A DNA stretch of 64,000 bases from Polyangiaceae bacterium. GTDB taxonomy: Bacteria; Myxococcota_A; Polyangia; Polyangiales; Polyangiaceae. The stretch's first letter is position 1. The number at the start of each line of letters is the position of its first letter. The notes beneath the pieces are model-generated. The model saw only the letters and a program-made list of their open reading frames with translations, was not told the origin of the DNA and did no database searches. The position numbers and the translations under genes were made by a program. This document shows positions 30,576 to 41,606 of the stretch, in pieces. Location: NCBI GenBank assembly GCA_015075635.1, contig JABTUA010000002.1:1738708-1802707 (forward strand). Reading direction: 5' to 3'.

Positions 30576-31759
30576 GAGCGATAGCCGGCGTTGACGTCGA
30601 CGTAGCCGTGGCCGAGATCCGAGGTCAGGTAGCTCGCGCGACCGGGTCCGTCACCGAGCGCGAGGGTGATGGTGTAGCTCGGGCCGGCGAGGATCTCCGC
30701 CGCGCGCTTCTCGGCGTCGGTCCCCACGGCCACGCCGCCCTCGACGATCACCACGTCGTTCACTCGGATCTCCGCCCGCCTCGGGTCGAAGGCCACCCCG
30801 GCTCGCCCTGCCGCGGCGAGCAGCCGGCCCCAGTTCGCGTCGTTGCCGAACAGCGCCGTCTTGACCAGCAGGGAGGTGGCGACGGTGCGCGCGACGATTC
30901 GCGCCGCGGCGGCGTCGCCCAAGCCCGTCACCACGATCTCGGCTACGTGGTTCGCTCCCTCGCCGTCGGCCACCATGGCCCGCGCCAGCTCGCCGCACAC
31001 GCTCTGGAACGCCGCGCCGAGCTCCGCCTCGGTCGGTGCGCTGCCGCTCTTGCCCGAGGCCAGCGCGAGCACCGTGTCGTTGGTGCTGGTGTCGCCGTCC
31101 ACGCTGGCCGCGTTGAAGGTCAGCTCGGACGCCGCCTCGAGAACACGCTGGAGGGCCGCGTGCTCGACCCGCGCGTCCGTGAACAGGAACGCCAGCATGG
31201 TGGCGTGAGGCGGCCCGAGATCGGGGTGGATCATCCCCGCCCCCTTGGCGATCCCGAGCACCGAGCCTCCCCCCGGGAGCTCCGCGCTCGCGAGCTTCGG
31301 CCCGCGATCGGTGGTCAGGATGGCGCGCGAGAACGCGTCCCAGCCCTCCACCGACAGGCCCGCGACCAGCTCGCCGGCTTTCGCCGCGATCTCGTCGGCG
31401 GGCAAGAGCGCGCCGATCACACCCGTGGAGGCCGGCAGCACCTCGTCCGGCTCGACGCCGAGCGCCCGCGCCACGGCGGCGGTCGAGCCGAGCGTCGCCG
31501 CTTCACCCGGCGCACCGGTGCAGGCGTTCGCGCAGCCCGCGTTCACCAGCACGGCGCGCGCGCGGCCCGCCACCACCCGCCGCATCGCGACCTCCACCGG
31601 CGCCGCCCTCACCAGGTTCCGCGTGAAGACACCGGCGGCGACCGCGCGCTCGTTGCTCACCGCGAGCGCGAGGTCGATGCGCCCGTCCTTGCGGATCCCG
31701 GCCGAAACTGCTGCGAAACGAAACCCCGAAGGGACTCTCATCAGGCTCACTTGACTCAC
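30572..31759 (-). CDS. argJ: Bifunctional glutamate N-acetyltransferase/amino-acid acetyltransferase
   Basis: Autoprocessing site context PHATMLAFLFTDA. 395 aa. The end ...DVNAGYRS is typical of ArgJ. Confidence 0.92.
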   Translation of the reverse strand: MSQVSLMRVPSGFRFAAVSAGIRKDGRIDLALAVSNERAVAAGVFTRNLVRAAPVEVAMRRVVAGRARAVLVNAGCANACTGAPGEAATLGSTAAVARALGVEPDEVLPASTGVIGALLPADEIAAKAGELVAGLSVEGWDAFSRAILTTDRGPKLASAELPGGGSVLGIAKGAGMIHPDLGPPHATMLAFLFTDARVEHAALQRVLEAASELTFNAASVDGDTSTNDTVLALASGKSGSAPTEAELGAAFQSVCGELARAMVADGEGANHVAEIVVTGLGDAAAARIVARTVATSLLVKTALFGNDANWGRLLAAAGRAGVAFDPRRAEIRVNDVVIVEGGVAVGTDAEKRAAEILAGPSYTITLALGDGPGRASYLTSDLGHGYVDVNAGYRS

Positions 31760-31797
31760 CCGAGCGCGTGCGTATTCTCGCGCGCCCCAACAGGGTC

Positions 31798-33122
<1,325 letters not shown>

Positions 33123-33126
<4 letters not shown>

Positions 33127-33449
33127 GCTGCCCTCCCGGCCAGCGCCTGCTCGAGCTGGGCCACGCTCACGCGAACGCCGCCGCCCGGCAGGCGAACGTG
33201 CGGCAGGCGACCGGCGTCGAGCCAACGGCGCGCGGTGCGCTGCGACACACCGAGGCGCTCGGCGACCTGCGGGAGCGAGAGGTAAACGATCTCGGGCGCG
33301 GGCTGCGGCTTGGCTTCCTCCCGAAGCTCCTGAAGCTCTCGCCGGGTTTCTGCTAGCTCGGTGCGCAGCTCTTCGAGCACGCCGACCAGCGGCTTCTGGG
33401 CCTCGATGATCGCGGCCGCCACGAGATCGGAGAACACATCAGACGCCAT
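33123..33449 (-). CDS. Excisionase/MerR-type HTH DNA-binding protein
   Basis: ATG at 33449. C-terminal LSLPQVAERLGVSQRTARRWLDAGRLPHVRLPGGGVRV matches the excisionase-family HTH. Confidence 0.75.
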
Positions 33450-33538
33450 CCAGCCACTCCCCAAACGCACCCGGAATATAATCAAGTAAGCGTAAACAAG
33501 CAACGCTTTTCTCGCTGCGACTTGACGATTTCGGCAGC

Positions 33539-33805
33539 GTGGGCGAACACTCCCGAGCGATGGCTGCGAAGCGATCGCCCGGCCGGCCAAGAAAACGCGA
33601 GACCAAGTTCTCGCGCTGGATCGACGCCTCCAAGATGAACCGCGACGAGGTCGCCGTCGCGCTCGGGATAAACCGCACTCACCTGGACAAGGTCTGCCGC
33701 GGTGGATGCCGTCCTGGGCTTGCTCTCGCTCTCCGGATCGAAAAACTCACGCAGGGCGCGATACCGGCGGCGGAGTGGCTGAACGTGCGGATCGAAGGTT
33801 CGTAG
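33539..33805 (+). CDS. Cro/XRE-like HTH regulator
   Basis: MNRDEVAVALGINRTHLDKVCRGGCRPGLALALRIEKLT helix-turn-helix. Divergent from the excisionase-like gene. The start could be 33560. Confidence 0.6.
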   Translation: MGEHSRAMAAKRSPGRPRKRETKFSRWIDASKMNRDEVAVALGINRTHLDKVCRGGCRPGLALALRIEKLTQGAIPAAEWLNVRIEGS

Positions 33806-33830
33806 ACGAATAAATCGTCGTCGTCGTCGG

Positions 33831-33941
33831 GCCTGTGGACTTGTGGGCAAGCCGCAGGCTTGTCCAAGCGCCTGGGGACAAGCGAGGCGGACATCGACGT
33901 GAAGTGACGGCTTGTCCCCCAGGCGCGGCAAGTCCACAGGC
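33831..33941. other. 111-nt compound inverted repeat between convergent genes (bidirectional terminator or operator cluster)
   Basis: The outer 13-bp perfect arms are gcctgtggacttg (33831-33843) and caagtccacaggc (33929-33941). The inner arms are gcgcctggggacaagc (33868-33883) and gcttgtcccccaggcgc (33910-33926, with a 1-nt bulge). Confidence 0.6.
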
Positions 33942-33953
33942 CGTCCCAGGTCA

Positions 33954-35222
33954 CTACGTCTTCGCCCGCCGACGACTTCGGGAGCCCACGTCCGCGCGTA
34001 GACCCAGCTCCCACGCACTCAGAGCCGCCGAACGGAGCGCCTCGTCGTCCACCGCAGCGGCTGGGTCGCCAAGGGCTGCGCGAACGCGCGCAACAAGATT
34101 CGGCTTCGAGAAAAGGCGGACGACGTCCCGTACCCTGAACCAGTCCGCGGCGAGACCGGGCAGGGGCCGTTCTGCGAGGAGCTCGACTCTCACGGACCGG
34201 TAGCCAAAGTCTGAGACGGTCTCGTCCACGACTTGACCGAGGTACCCGCGTGCAAGGACGAAGTCCCCTACGCTAACAGCAGCTCGGAAGTTCAAGGACT
34301 CCATCAGCCGGGTCGGCTCTTGATTGGAGTCGAGCACCGTCGCGATCTGTGTGAGCGGTGGCACCGGAGGTCGGCCCAGCAGCTCGTGAACGCGACGCAT
34401 CACGCACAGGCCCATCAGACCGAGCTTGGTTCCTTCGACCACTACCGTGCTATCCCGCGAATGGTCGACCGAATCTGCACCCGCGCGAAAGTGGATGCTC
34501 TCGCTGGGACTCCCGAATGCCTCACCGTAGGTGGTGCCGATCGCAAGTCGCTCGAAGTCGGTCATCAAGGGCAGGGCCCGAACAACCCGCTGGCGGGCCG
34601 ATGTCAGAGTTCGTTGCCAGTCATCCGCGCGAGCCGGCCGCGCGGACGCACGGGCGTACCAGGCGTCGCTGGCGTCCACCAACGACTCGACCTTGCGGGC
34701 TTCTTCCACCGTCATCTCGATCGTCGCGCCGATCCAGGCGCTGGGCATGCCGTGAAACTCCGCGAGCTCTTGGTTGAAAGCCGCCGCCCGCACCAGCTCC
34801 TCAAGAAGAAGAAAGTGCTTGTAGACTTCCGGCGTGTCCTTCCGCGAGAACAGCACGAGTTGAACAAGGAGCTCGCAAAGTCGACGCGTTCGCAAGCGTT
34901 CTTCCTCGAGCAACACGGCTTCGATCGCTCGTTCGATGCAGTCGATATCATCCGCCTCGGCCGAGCGAGGCTCATCATCGGCGAGGAATCCGTCGAGCTT
35001 CATGAGGAACACGCACGCTTTGAGCACTTCGTCGAGCGCCGTCCACAAGAAGAACTCGCGCGGCATTCGGTGGAAGGTGTGAGTGCGGAAGGTCGCCTCG
35101 TCGATGCCGACGTGCCTTCTGGCAGCCTCAACGGCGGGCAGGAGCAACGTGGTTGCGACGCCCCAGCGTTCTTCGGCGCCGTTTCGCGATGCAGAGGGTG
35201 GAGATGTGACTTCGCGTGACAT
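33954..35222 (-). CDS. Hypothetical protein (422 aa), last gene of the TcmP operon
   Basis: Long GC3-biased ORF 16 nt downstream of the DUF5131 gene. No family recognised. Confidence 0.7.
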   Translation of the reverse strand: MSREVTSPPSASRNGAEERWGVATTLLLPAVEAARRHVGIDEATFRTHTFHRMPREFFLWTALDEVLKACVFLMKLDGFLADDEPRSAEADDIDCIERAIEAVLLEEERLRTRRLCELLVQLVLFSRKDTPEVYKHFLLLEELVRAAAFNQELAEFHGMPSAWIGATIEMTVEEARKVESLVDASDAWYARASARPARADDWQRTLTSARQRVVRALPLMTDFERLAIGTTYGEAFGSPSESIHFRAGADSVDHSRDSTVVVEGTKLGLMGLCVMRRVHELLGRPPVPPLTQIATVLDSNQEPTRLMESLNFRAAVSVGDFVLARGYLGQVVDETVSDFGYRSVRVELLAERPLPGLAADWFRVRDVVRLFSKPNLVARVRAALGDPAAAVDDEALRSAALSAWELGLRADVGSRSRRRAKT

Positions 35223-35238
35223 GAGACGAGCGGTCGGT

Positions 35239-36006
35239 TCACACGCGCACGGGGAGCGAGCGCCCGCGCGACGCGGGTCGCAACGAGGTTGATGCGTACG
35301 CGGTCGGCATCTCGTTCCACGTTCGCCCGTCGAGCAGTCGACCTGCCTTCTTCTTGTTTTTGCCGCCCCACTGCTTGAAGAAGAACGGCACGCCAGCGCG
35401 TGCGCACTGGTCGCGGATGTTGGTCACCCAGGCTGGGTCCATCGGCCGCGCTCCATGACCGGATTCGCCACCGACGATTACCCAGTCGATGTCCTTGAGC
35501 TTCAATTTGGGCAAGGGGCCCAAGAGCGGCTCGAGGGAGAGGAACTTGACGTGCGCGCCGGTCTTGCGAAGGTCGTCGATGCGGTCGATGTGGTCGGCGC
35601 TCTCGACGCTAACCCCCATCCACACGTTCGCGGGCCACTCGATCGCGCGGCTCAACTCGACGAGCCGGCGCGCGCGCTTCGTGAGCACCTGAAAGCGGTG
35701 CCAGTGCGCGCGTCGCATGACGTCAAAGACACGCTGGATGTACTCGAAAGGCACATCCTTGTGGAACAGGTCGCTCATCGAGTTGACGAAAATCGCCTGC
35801 GGCTTCTTCCACCGCAGCGGAAGCTCCAGCATCTGCGGCTGCAACGTGAGCTCGAAGCCGTTCCTGTAGTTCGCCTGGCCCATCGCCTGCAGCCGTTCCG
35901 CCATGCGTTCGGCGTAGCAGTACTTGCAGCCCGGACTGATCTTGCTGCACCCCGTGACCGGGTTCCACGTGGACTCGGTCCACTCGATGCCGGAGCCGAG
36001 CGCCAT
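35239..36006 (-). CDS. DUF5131 (phage Gp37/Gp68) family three-Cys protein
   Basis: [28 protein letters not shown]-terminus, [17 protein letters not shown] and a FFFKQWGG tail. Confidence 0.88.
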   Translation of the reverse strand: MALGSGIEWTESTWNPVTGCSKISPGCKYCYAERMAERLQAMGQANYRNGFELTLQPQMLELPLRWKKPQAIFVNSMSDLFHKDVPFEYIQRVFDVMRRAHWHRFQVLTKRARRLVELSRAIEWPANVWMGVSVESADHIDRIDDLRKTGAHVKFLSLEPLLGPLPKLKLKDIDWVIVGGESGHGARPMDPAWVTNIRDQCARAGVPFFFKQWGGKNKKKAGRLLDGRTWNEMPTAYASTSLRPASRGRSLPVRV

Positions 36007-36947
36007 CAGGGCACATCCCTCAGTCGCTTGAGTGTGTGGTTGGCGATGCGCAGCGCGATGTCCTTCCCGCGCTCGTTGCCCACCGCGAAGCAGAGGAGGT
36101 ACAGCGGGTTGTTCGCCGAGTTCCAGAGCACTCCCGGCTCCTCGACGACGCCCGCGAACACCTGCTTCAGGCGGTCGTTGAAGTAACGAGCCATCACGTC
36201 CATCGACGCCTTTACCTGGACTTGGTCATCGCCGAAGAGCGTCGGCTTCGTCTCGACCTTATAGAACTCCTCGTACCACGCCGTGGTGCCGAGAAAGGCG
36301 TCCATTCGCTGACGCCACGACTCCGGCAACCTGCCGGACTTCGTTGCGAGCCGGTTCATCCCCATTCCGAGCGGCACGAGCAGCCAGAGGTCGATCGCCT
36401 TCGTGGCAGCAACGGCCTCGATCGTCTTCCACTCGACTTGCATTCCGTAGGGGTCGAGGAACAGCACCGCGCGACGAGACTTCCAATTGTCGGGTGACCC
36501 ACAGAGCCTCTGGATCTCCTCGTTCGCTTCACCCTGGCGGACCGCGATGTCGCCGGCGAGCGCGGGGAACTCTGCCTTCAAGCTTTCGAGCTGTGAGCAG
36601 CGCTCCGGGCTCCGCTCGATGAAGATGTACTTGTCGAAACGGGGCTCGACCTGCAGCGCAAGCCTCGCTGAGCCGTCGAGCAGCTTCTGCGGTGAGGGCT
36701 CGGCGAGATCGGGAAACAGCAGCGTCTCAGTCGCCTCGCCCGTCCCGCGCTCGCGCGCCGTGCGAGAGCCGGTGCCGGCGAACGCGTCGATGTACGCCTT
36801 GCGGAACGGCTGGCCGCCACTCGGCTTGTCCTTCAACGCCTTGGTGTACGCGGCCAGGTAGTCCCTGAGCACGTCGAGCTTCGCCTGGGTCCAGTCCCCT
36901 CCGAAACGATGGGCGTTCCCCTTGGACGTGGATCGCGACTTCGCCAT
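36006..36947 (-). CDS. tcmP: Three-Cys-motif partner protein TcmP
   Basis: ATG at 36947. [17 protein letters not shown]...[10 protein letters not shown]...FLDPYG pattern. 1-nt TGATG overlap with the DUF5131 gene. Confidence 0.75.
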   Translation of the reverse strand: MAKSRSTSKGNAHRFGGDWTQAKLDVLRDYLAAYTKALKDKPSGGQPFRKAYIDAFAGTGSRTARERGTGEATETLLFPDLAEPSPQKLLDGSARLALQVEPRFDKYIFIERSPERCSQLESLKAEFPALAGDIAVRQGEANEEIQRLCGSPDNWKSRRAVLFLDPYGMQVEWKTIEAVAATKAIDLWLLVPLGMGMNRLATKSGRLPESWRQRMDAFLGTTAWYEEFYKVETKPTLFGDDQVQVKASMDVMARYFNDRLKQVFAGVVEEPGVLWNSANNPLYLLCFAVGNERGKDIALRIANHTLKRLRDVP

Positions 36948-37199
36948 GATACTGACCCTACGTTCAGTATACCCCGCCTGCGGTATCACGCAGCAGCAAA
37001 GTACCTGAGATCCCGAGAACATTGAACTCTTCGGTCCCAAACCCGAGTAAGTTTGGGGCGTCTCGATACACGCCGGGGGCACCCATGAGCTCCCGGCACC
37101 GGTGGGTCCAGGCGCGGAAAACCCCGCGGCGGCAGCTCGCGCCTTTCTTGAAGCCTCGGCCCGAGCCGGTCCGGGCGGGCCAAGCCACGAGCGTCGTCG
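36948..37199. promoter_or_regulatory. Divergent control region between the TcmP operon and the defence super-operon
   Basis: This 252-bp spacer is the most AT-rich stretch seen in the island. It holds two short hairpins, atactga/tcagtat at 36949-36970 and cccaaac/gtttggg at 37036-37057. No convincing -35/-10 pair was found. Confidence 0.4.
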
Positions 37200-40100
37200 A
37201 TGGAGGAGGAACCAGAGCAAGCGATGATGCGGAGCGCGGAGACCAGAGACGACCGACGACTCGAGCCCGCGAGGGCCCTACGTGCGGTGGAGCGCGCCGA
37301 ACCGTTCGACGTGCGCCTGCGTTTCGGGTCGGCTGCCGAGGCCTCCCGGTATCTCCGCGCGCTCACGAGTCTGCTCTTTGGCGCGAGCACCAAGGTCACC
37401 GCGACGCTCACCACGGGCGCGCCCCGCGAAGACCTCGCCGCCGAAGAAATCGCGGATCGGCTCGAGCGCGCAGGCATCAACAAGCTCCGCTTCGCGCTCC
37501 AACTCGGCGAGCACGCGATCGCCGTCGAGCTCGCTCTCTTGGGCTCGGAACCGGGTTCCGTCGCTATCCGCGCGCCGTTCACGAGCGGCCCCGCCACCGC
37601 GCGCCTGTGGCTCCAGTCCGACGTCGACGTGGTCGCGCCCATCCCCGCGCTGGCGCTCCCGACCACCGCTGAGGCGCTCGCGCTCGACGCCGCCCACGCG
37701 TTCGTCGGGCTCGCGCTCCGGTGTGGCGGCTTCGAGGAGGCCGAGCTCACCGGCGACCATCCGCTCTCCTGGAACACGACGAAGTCGAACGATGCCGCCC
37801 AGCCGGTCCGCAGCACGCTCCGCGACGCCGTCTGGAGCACCGCAAGCTCGGAGGGAGCCGTCGCCCTGTGGGTAAACGGCCTCGCGCCAGCGTCGAAGCC
37901 GCGCGTACCCGAGGCCGGTTGGTGGGAGCAGTACGACGTGCTCACGCGCACCCCGCGCGAGGCGCTGAACGAGCTGCACTTCCACCTCGCGGCGCACTTC
38001 GACATCCCGTTCGCGTGGGCCATCGTCGACAAGACAGCCGCCCCCGAGGGCACCTTCGTCGTCCCGCCCGAAGCGAGCGCCATCGCGCGTCTCGTGCCCG
38101 AAGCTGACCGCGTCGTCGTCGCCGTCGACCTCGAGCAGCCCGCCTCGCTGGTCGCCGAGATGCTGCTCCACCTCTGCGCGCACCTCACGCTCGGCCACGT
38201 TCGCCCGGGCGATGCGTGCGGCCACTGGGACACGCAGGCCTCGCTTTCGCCGACGCCCCATCGGCAGTGGGACCGCGAAGCGCGCGCCTTCGTCGACGCC
38301 CATTTCGCCCGTCCTGTGCGCCGCGTCTCGTCGCTCGAAGAGTGCAACCCGCGCGAGAAGGCATGGCTCGTGCTCCTCGATCACATCGGGCGCATGGTCG
38401 GCCAGCAGCGCACGCTGCACGCCGCAACGGAGCGTTACCAGGCCGCCGCCTATCAGCGTCAGGCCGCGCAGCGGCTCGTCGCCCAGCTCGAGGAGTATGG
38501 CGGCGCGATGCTCTGCGACGGCGTCGGCCTCGGGAAGACCTACGTCGCCACCACCGTCGCCGTTCACTACGCGAACCAGTGGCGGGAGCAGCTCGCCGAC
38601 ACGAAGCGCTCGGCGACCGACGACCCGTTCCGAATCACGGTGCTTTCGCCGAACTCGGTGGTGAGCACCTGGGTGCGCGAGGCCATCGCGCCTCTCGCTG
38701 CGCACGGCGTTCCGCTCGCCACCATCCGCGTCATCTCGCACTCGAAGCTCTCGCGCATCGTGCCGTCGAGCGACATCCTCACGCGCGGCCGCGCGGGCAT
38801 GAGCGACATGGAGCACCTGCTCCTGTCGGATCTCGTGGTGGTGGACGAGGCGCACAACTTCCGCTCTGTCGGCGCGCGCCGCACCACGGTGCTGCGTGAC
38901 CTCCTGCGCTTGCAGCCGCGCAAGGATCTGCGTCGCAAGGTGCTGCTGCTCACCGCCACGCCCGTGAACAACAGCCTCGAAGACCTGCGCCAGCAGGCGG
39001 CGCTGATGTTCGGCAAGCCGCTCTTCTTCAACGACAACCTCACGCCCGACAAGTACCGCACGCGCGTGTTCAAGGACGTCGAGGAGCGCGTGGCGAAGGC
39101 CACCAAGGGCAAAGGTGCGGCCGACGTCGCGGCGCTGCTCATTCACGGCGACGCCTCGGCGAAGTTTGCCTACGCGCCCGACTTCCGCGACGACGTGCAG
39201 TTCGGCGTGCAAGTGCCGCGCGTGGGCGACTACCTCAGGGAGCAGGAGAAACGGCTCACCGCGCAGCAAGCCGCCGTGCGCGCCGCCATCCAGAGCGGCC
39301 AGCCTCCGGCAGAAGTGCCTGCGCGCATCGCGGGCGAGCTGCTCGACCGCATCGTGGTCCAACGCTCGCGCGCGCTCTGCAAGCAGATCGAGCGCGAGCA
39401 GGGCTCGAACGCGCGGCTCTTGTTCCGGCCCGACGCGGCCACTCCCGAGAAGCTCGTCTACGAGGACGTCTACGACGACACCCGCGACGTGCTCGCGCGC
39501 TTCCTCCCGCTCTTCGAGACCGAGGCCGAGGCCACCGACACGGAGACGCCGCCGCTCTCGCTCAAGATCTACATGTGGGCCGACGTTCGCGACGGCATCC
39601 GCGACGCGGGCGAGGTTTCGTCGGTCGTCGGCCTGCAGCGCGTGCTGGTGCTCAAGCGCCTCGAGTCGTCGCCCGTCGCGTTCCTCATCACCCTGCTCCG
39701 GCTGCTCGCGCTGCATGCGCATCGTCTCAAGCAGCTCGGGGAGCTGTGTCGCGAGGTCGGCGACAAGAAGCGCGAGAAGGCTCTCGCTGCCGAGCTGGCG
39801 GACCTCGTCGACGCGGTGAAGCCCTTGGAGCGTGAGCGCATCGACACGCTGCTTACCGGCGGCAAGGCGAGGGCGCGCGGCAACGATCTGCTCGAGCGGT
39901 GGAGCGGTGCCCACAGCGCGCGTGCTGCCGCCGACAGCGACGACCCGCCGCCGCCCCAGTTCGAGCTGTTCGGACGAGACGACGACAAGTCGTCTGAGCG
40001 CAAGGAGCAGCTCGATCGTCTGTGGAACCTGCGCGAGCACCTCACGCGCGATCTGGCCACGCTGCTCCGCGTAGCGCCCGGCCTCGCCGACATCGTCTTC

Positions 40101-41606
40101 GGTCGCTTCGCGCAGAGCGACTGGCCGCAGCGCTTCATCAATGGCGGTCAGGAGGTCGACTGGCCGAAGTCGGCGGCGTGGGCGATGCGCATCGTCACCG
40201 ACGGCAAGCTGCGCCGCCTGGTGGCGCGCCTGCTGCGCGCGCGGGCCGACGGCCAGAAGGTCATCGTCTTCTCGCAGTTCACCGACACCCTGGCCTACGT
40301 CGACTCGGTGCTGCGAGCGACGCACGCGCTCTCGCGTCAGGAGTGGGCGATCGTCACGGGGCTGCTCGGTGCCGACGTCGGGCGCGCGGTTCGCCATGAC
40401 GACGTGCTCGCCCTCGTAGACCGCAGCGCCGTCGTCAGCGGCGAAACCGAAGATCGCGATGCGGTCATCCACGCCTTCGCGCCGTTCTACCGTCTCGGCC
40501 CGTCGCGCCCGCGCTTGCCCGGCGCTTCGGTCTTCGAACAGCAGCAGCTCGATGCGCTGTGGACCAACGGCTGGACGCAGGCGCTCAAGCAGCCCACCGA
40601 CGTCCTCTTCGCCACTGACGTTCTCGCCGAGGGCGTGAACCTCCAGGACGCCGCGCTGCTCATCAACTTCGACGTCCACTGGAACCCGGTGCGGATGATC
40701 CAGCGCGCGGGCCGCATCGACCGCCGCCTGAACCCCGCCATCGAAGAGGCAACGAGCTTCCCCGACCTCGAAACGCTCGCGCGTGACCTCGGCGTTCCGC
40801 CGCCGCGCTACTGGTGGCACGCGCACGCCGGCGCCGCGCCCGTCACCGTGAACCTGCTCCTGCCCGACGAGCTCGAGGCCGAGCTGCAGCTCCGCGAGCG
40901 CATCGCCAACAAGACGCTCGCCATCGACTTCACCCTCGGCCTCGAACAGGGCACCGGCGCCGAAGCTGACTGGATGGCCGACTACCGCTTCCGGGGCATC
41001 TCGGCCCTCAACGCCTGGCAGGGCGACCGCGCCATCGAGCAGATCGCGGGCTACCAACAACGCCTTCGCCGCCTCATGAGCGAGCGCGGCATCGACGCCG
41101 AGTGGCTCGCCGCGTGGAACGGCTGGCTCCGTGAGGTCGGCGGGCGCCAAGACGACCGCATCCTCGCGTGGGCGCAGCTTGGCCGTAAGGGCGGCGAGAC
41201 CACCGTCTACACGCGGCAGCTCCAACCGCGCCTCGTTGACGGTGTTCCGCACTGGCTGTGGACGACGGCGAAGCCCGCGGACTCGCTGCTCAACTTCTGG
41301 CTCGCACTCGACAGCAAGACCTTCCCGGCGGCGACGCGCACCGGCCTTCCGTTCTCCGAGGACGCCTCGCGCCCCATCGCCGCCTGGGACCTCCTCGCGG
41401 CCTCGCGGCGCCTTGTCGACGAAGACACCGCCCTGGAAGAGCTCGGCGACATGCGCCGCCCCCTCCTGCAAGGTGCGTCGGCCATCTCGGCGGGCTTCCT
41501 TGGCGCGGAGCCCGATCGGCGCGCCATCGCCGTCAGTGGATTTCGACTCCTTCAGCTTCGTGTTCTCGACGAGGCTGCGCCCGTGAGACCGAGTGAGGAA
41601 GCATGA
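37200..41606 (+). CDS. SNF2-family helicase with ~420-aa unknown N-terminal region (DrmD-like / type-ISP motor-like)
   Basis: Motif [13 protein letters not shown], motif [12 protein letters not shown], motif [18 protein letters not shown]-lobe [41 protein letters not shown]. Confidence 0.9.
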   Translation: MEEEPEQAMMRSAETRDDRRLEPARALRAVERAEPFDVRLRFGSAAEASRYLRALTSLLFGASTKVTATLTTGAPREDLAAEEIADRLERAGINKLRFALQLGEHAIAVELALLGSEPGSVAIRAPFTSGPATARLWLQSDVDVVAPIPALALPTTAEALALDAAHAFVGLALRCGGFEEAELTGDHPLSWNTTKSNDAAQPVRSTLRDAVWSTASSEGAVALWVNGLAPASKPRVPEAGWWEQYDVLTRTPREALNELHFHLAAHFDIPFAWAIVDKTAAPEGTFVVPPEASAIARLVPEADRVVVAVDLEQPASLVAEMLLHLCAHLTLGHVRPGDACGHWDTQASLSPTPHRQWDREARAFVDAHFARPVRRVSSLEECNPREKAWLVLLDHIGRMVGQQRTLHAATERYQAAAYQRQAAQRLVAQLEEYGGAMLCDGVGLGKTYVATTVAVHYANQWREQLADTKRSATDDPFRITVLSPNSVVSTWVREAIAPLAAHGVPLATIRVISHSKLSRIVPSSDILTRGRAGMSDMEHLLLSDLVVVDEAHNFRSVGARRTTVLRDLLRLQPRKDLRRKVLLLTATPVNNSLEDLRQQAALMFGKPLFFNDNLTPDKYRTRVFKDVEERVAKATKGKGAADVAALLIHGDASAKFAYAPDFRDDVQFGVQVPRVGDYLREQEKRLTAQQAAVRAAIQSGQPPAEVPARIAGELLDRIVVQRSRALCKQIEREQGSNARLLFRPDAATPEKLVYEDVYDDTRDVLARFLPLFETEAEATDTETPPLSLKIYMWADVRDGIRDAGEVSSVVGLQRVLVLKRLESSPVAFLITLLRLLALHAHRLKQLGELCREVGDKKREKALAAELADLVDAVKPLERERIDTLLTGGKARARGNDLLERWSGAHSARAAADSDDPPPPQFELFGRDDDKSSERKEQLDRLWNLREHLTRDLATLLRVAPGLADIVFGRFAQSDWPQRFINGGQEVDWPKSAAWAMRIVTDGKLRRLVARLLRARADGQKVIVFSQFTDTLAYVDSVLRATHALSRQEWAIVTGLLGADVGRAVRHDDVLALVDRSAVVSGETEDRDAVIHAFAPFYRLGPSRPRLPGASVFEQQQLDALWTNGWTQALKQPTDVLFATDVLAEGVNLQDAALLINFDVHWNPVRMIQRAGRIDRRLNPAIEEATSFPDLETLARDLGVPPPRYWWHAHAGAAPVTVNLLLPDELEAELQLRERIANKTLAIDFTLGLEQGTGAEADWMADYRFRGISALNAWQGDRAIEQIAGYQQRLRRLMSERGIDAEWLAAWNGWLREVGGRQDDRILAWAQLGRKGGETTVYTRQLQPRLVDGVPHWLWTTAKPADSLLNFWLALDSKTFPAATRTGLPFSEDASRPIAAWDLLAASRRLVDEDTALEELGDMRRPLLQGASAISAGFLGAEPDRRAIAVSGFRLLQLRVLDEAAPVRPSEEA

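Noticed and set aside
35050-35130. R-x4-H (RTHTFH) in the 422-aa hypothetical protein, considered as a HEPN RNase motif
   Set aside because: The motif is too short and common to be meaningful without fold evidence. There is no other HEPN-like context.
37022-37054. TTGAAC ... TAAGTT as a sigma-70-like promoter for the super-operon
   Set aside because: The spacer is 21 nt, too long for a canonical -35/-10 pair. The alternative -10 at 18-nt spacing (GAGTAA) is poor.
38130-38230. Possible ImmA/IrrE-type metallopeptidase HExxH motif in the N-terminal region of the SNF2 protein ([15 protein letters not shown])
   Set aside because: The catalytic Glu of HExxH is absent (the sequence is H-L-C-A-H), so I cannot support a metallopeptidase call.
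37278-41471. 1397-aa ORF on the minus strand, antisense to the SNF2 helicase gene
   Set aside because: Its Arg/Ala/Gly/Glu-rich, low-complexity translation is typical of antisense frames in high-GC DNA. It has no motifs, whereas the plus-strand frame carries the full set of SNF2 helicase motifs.
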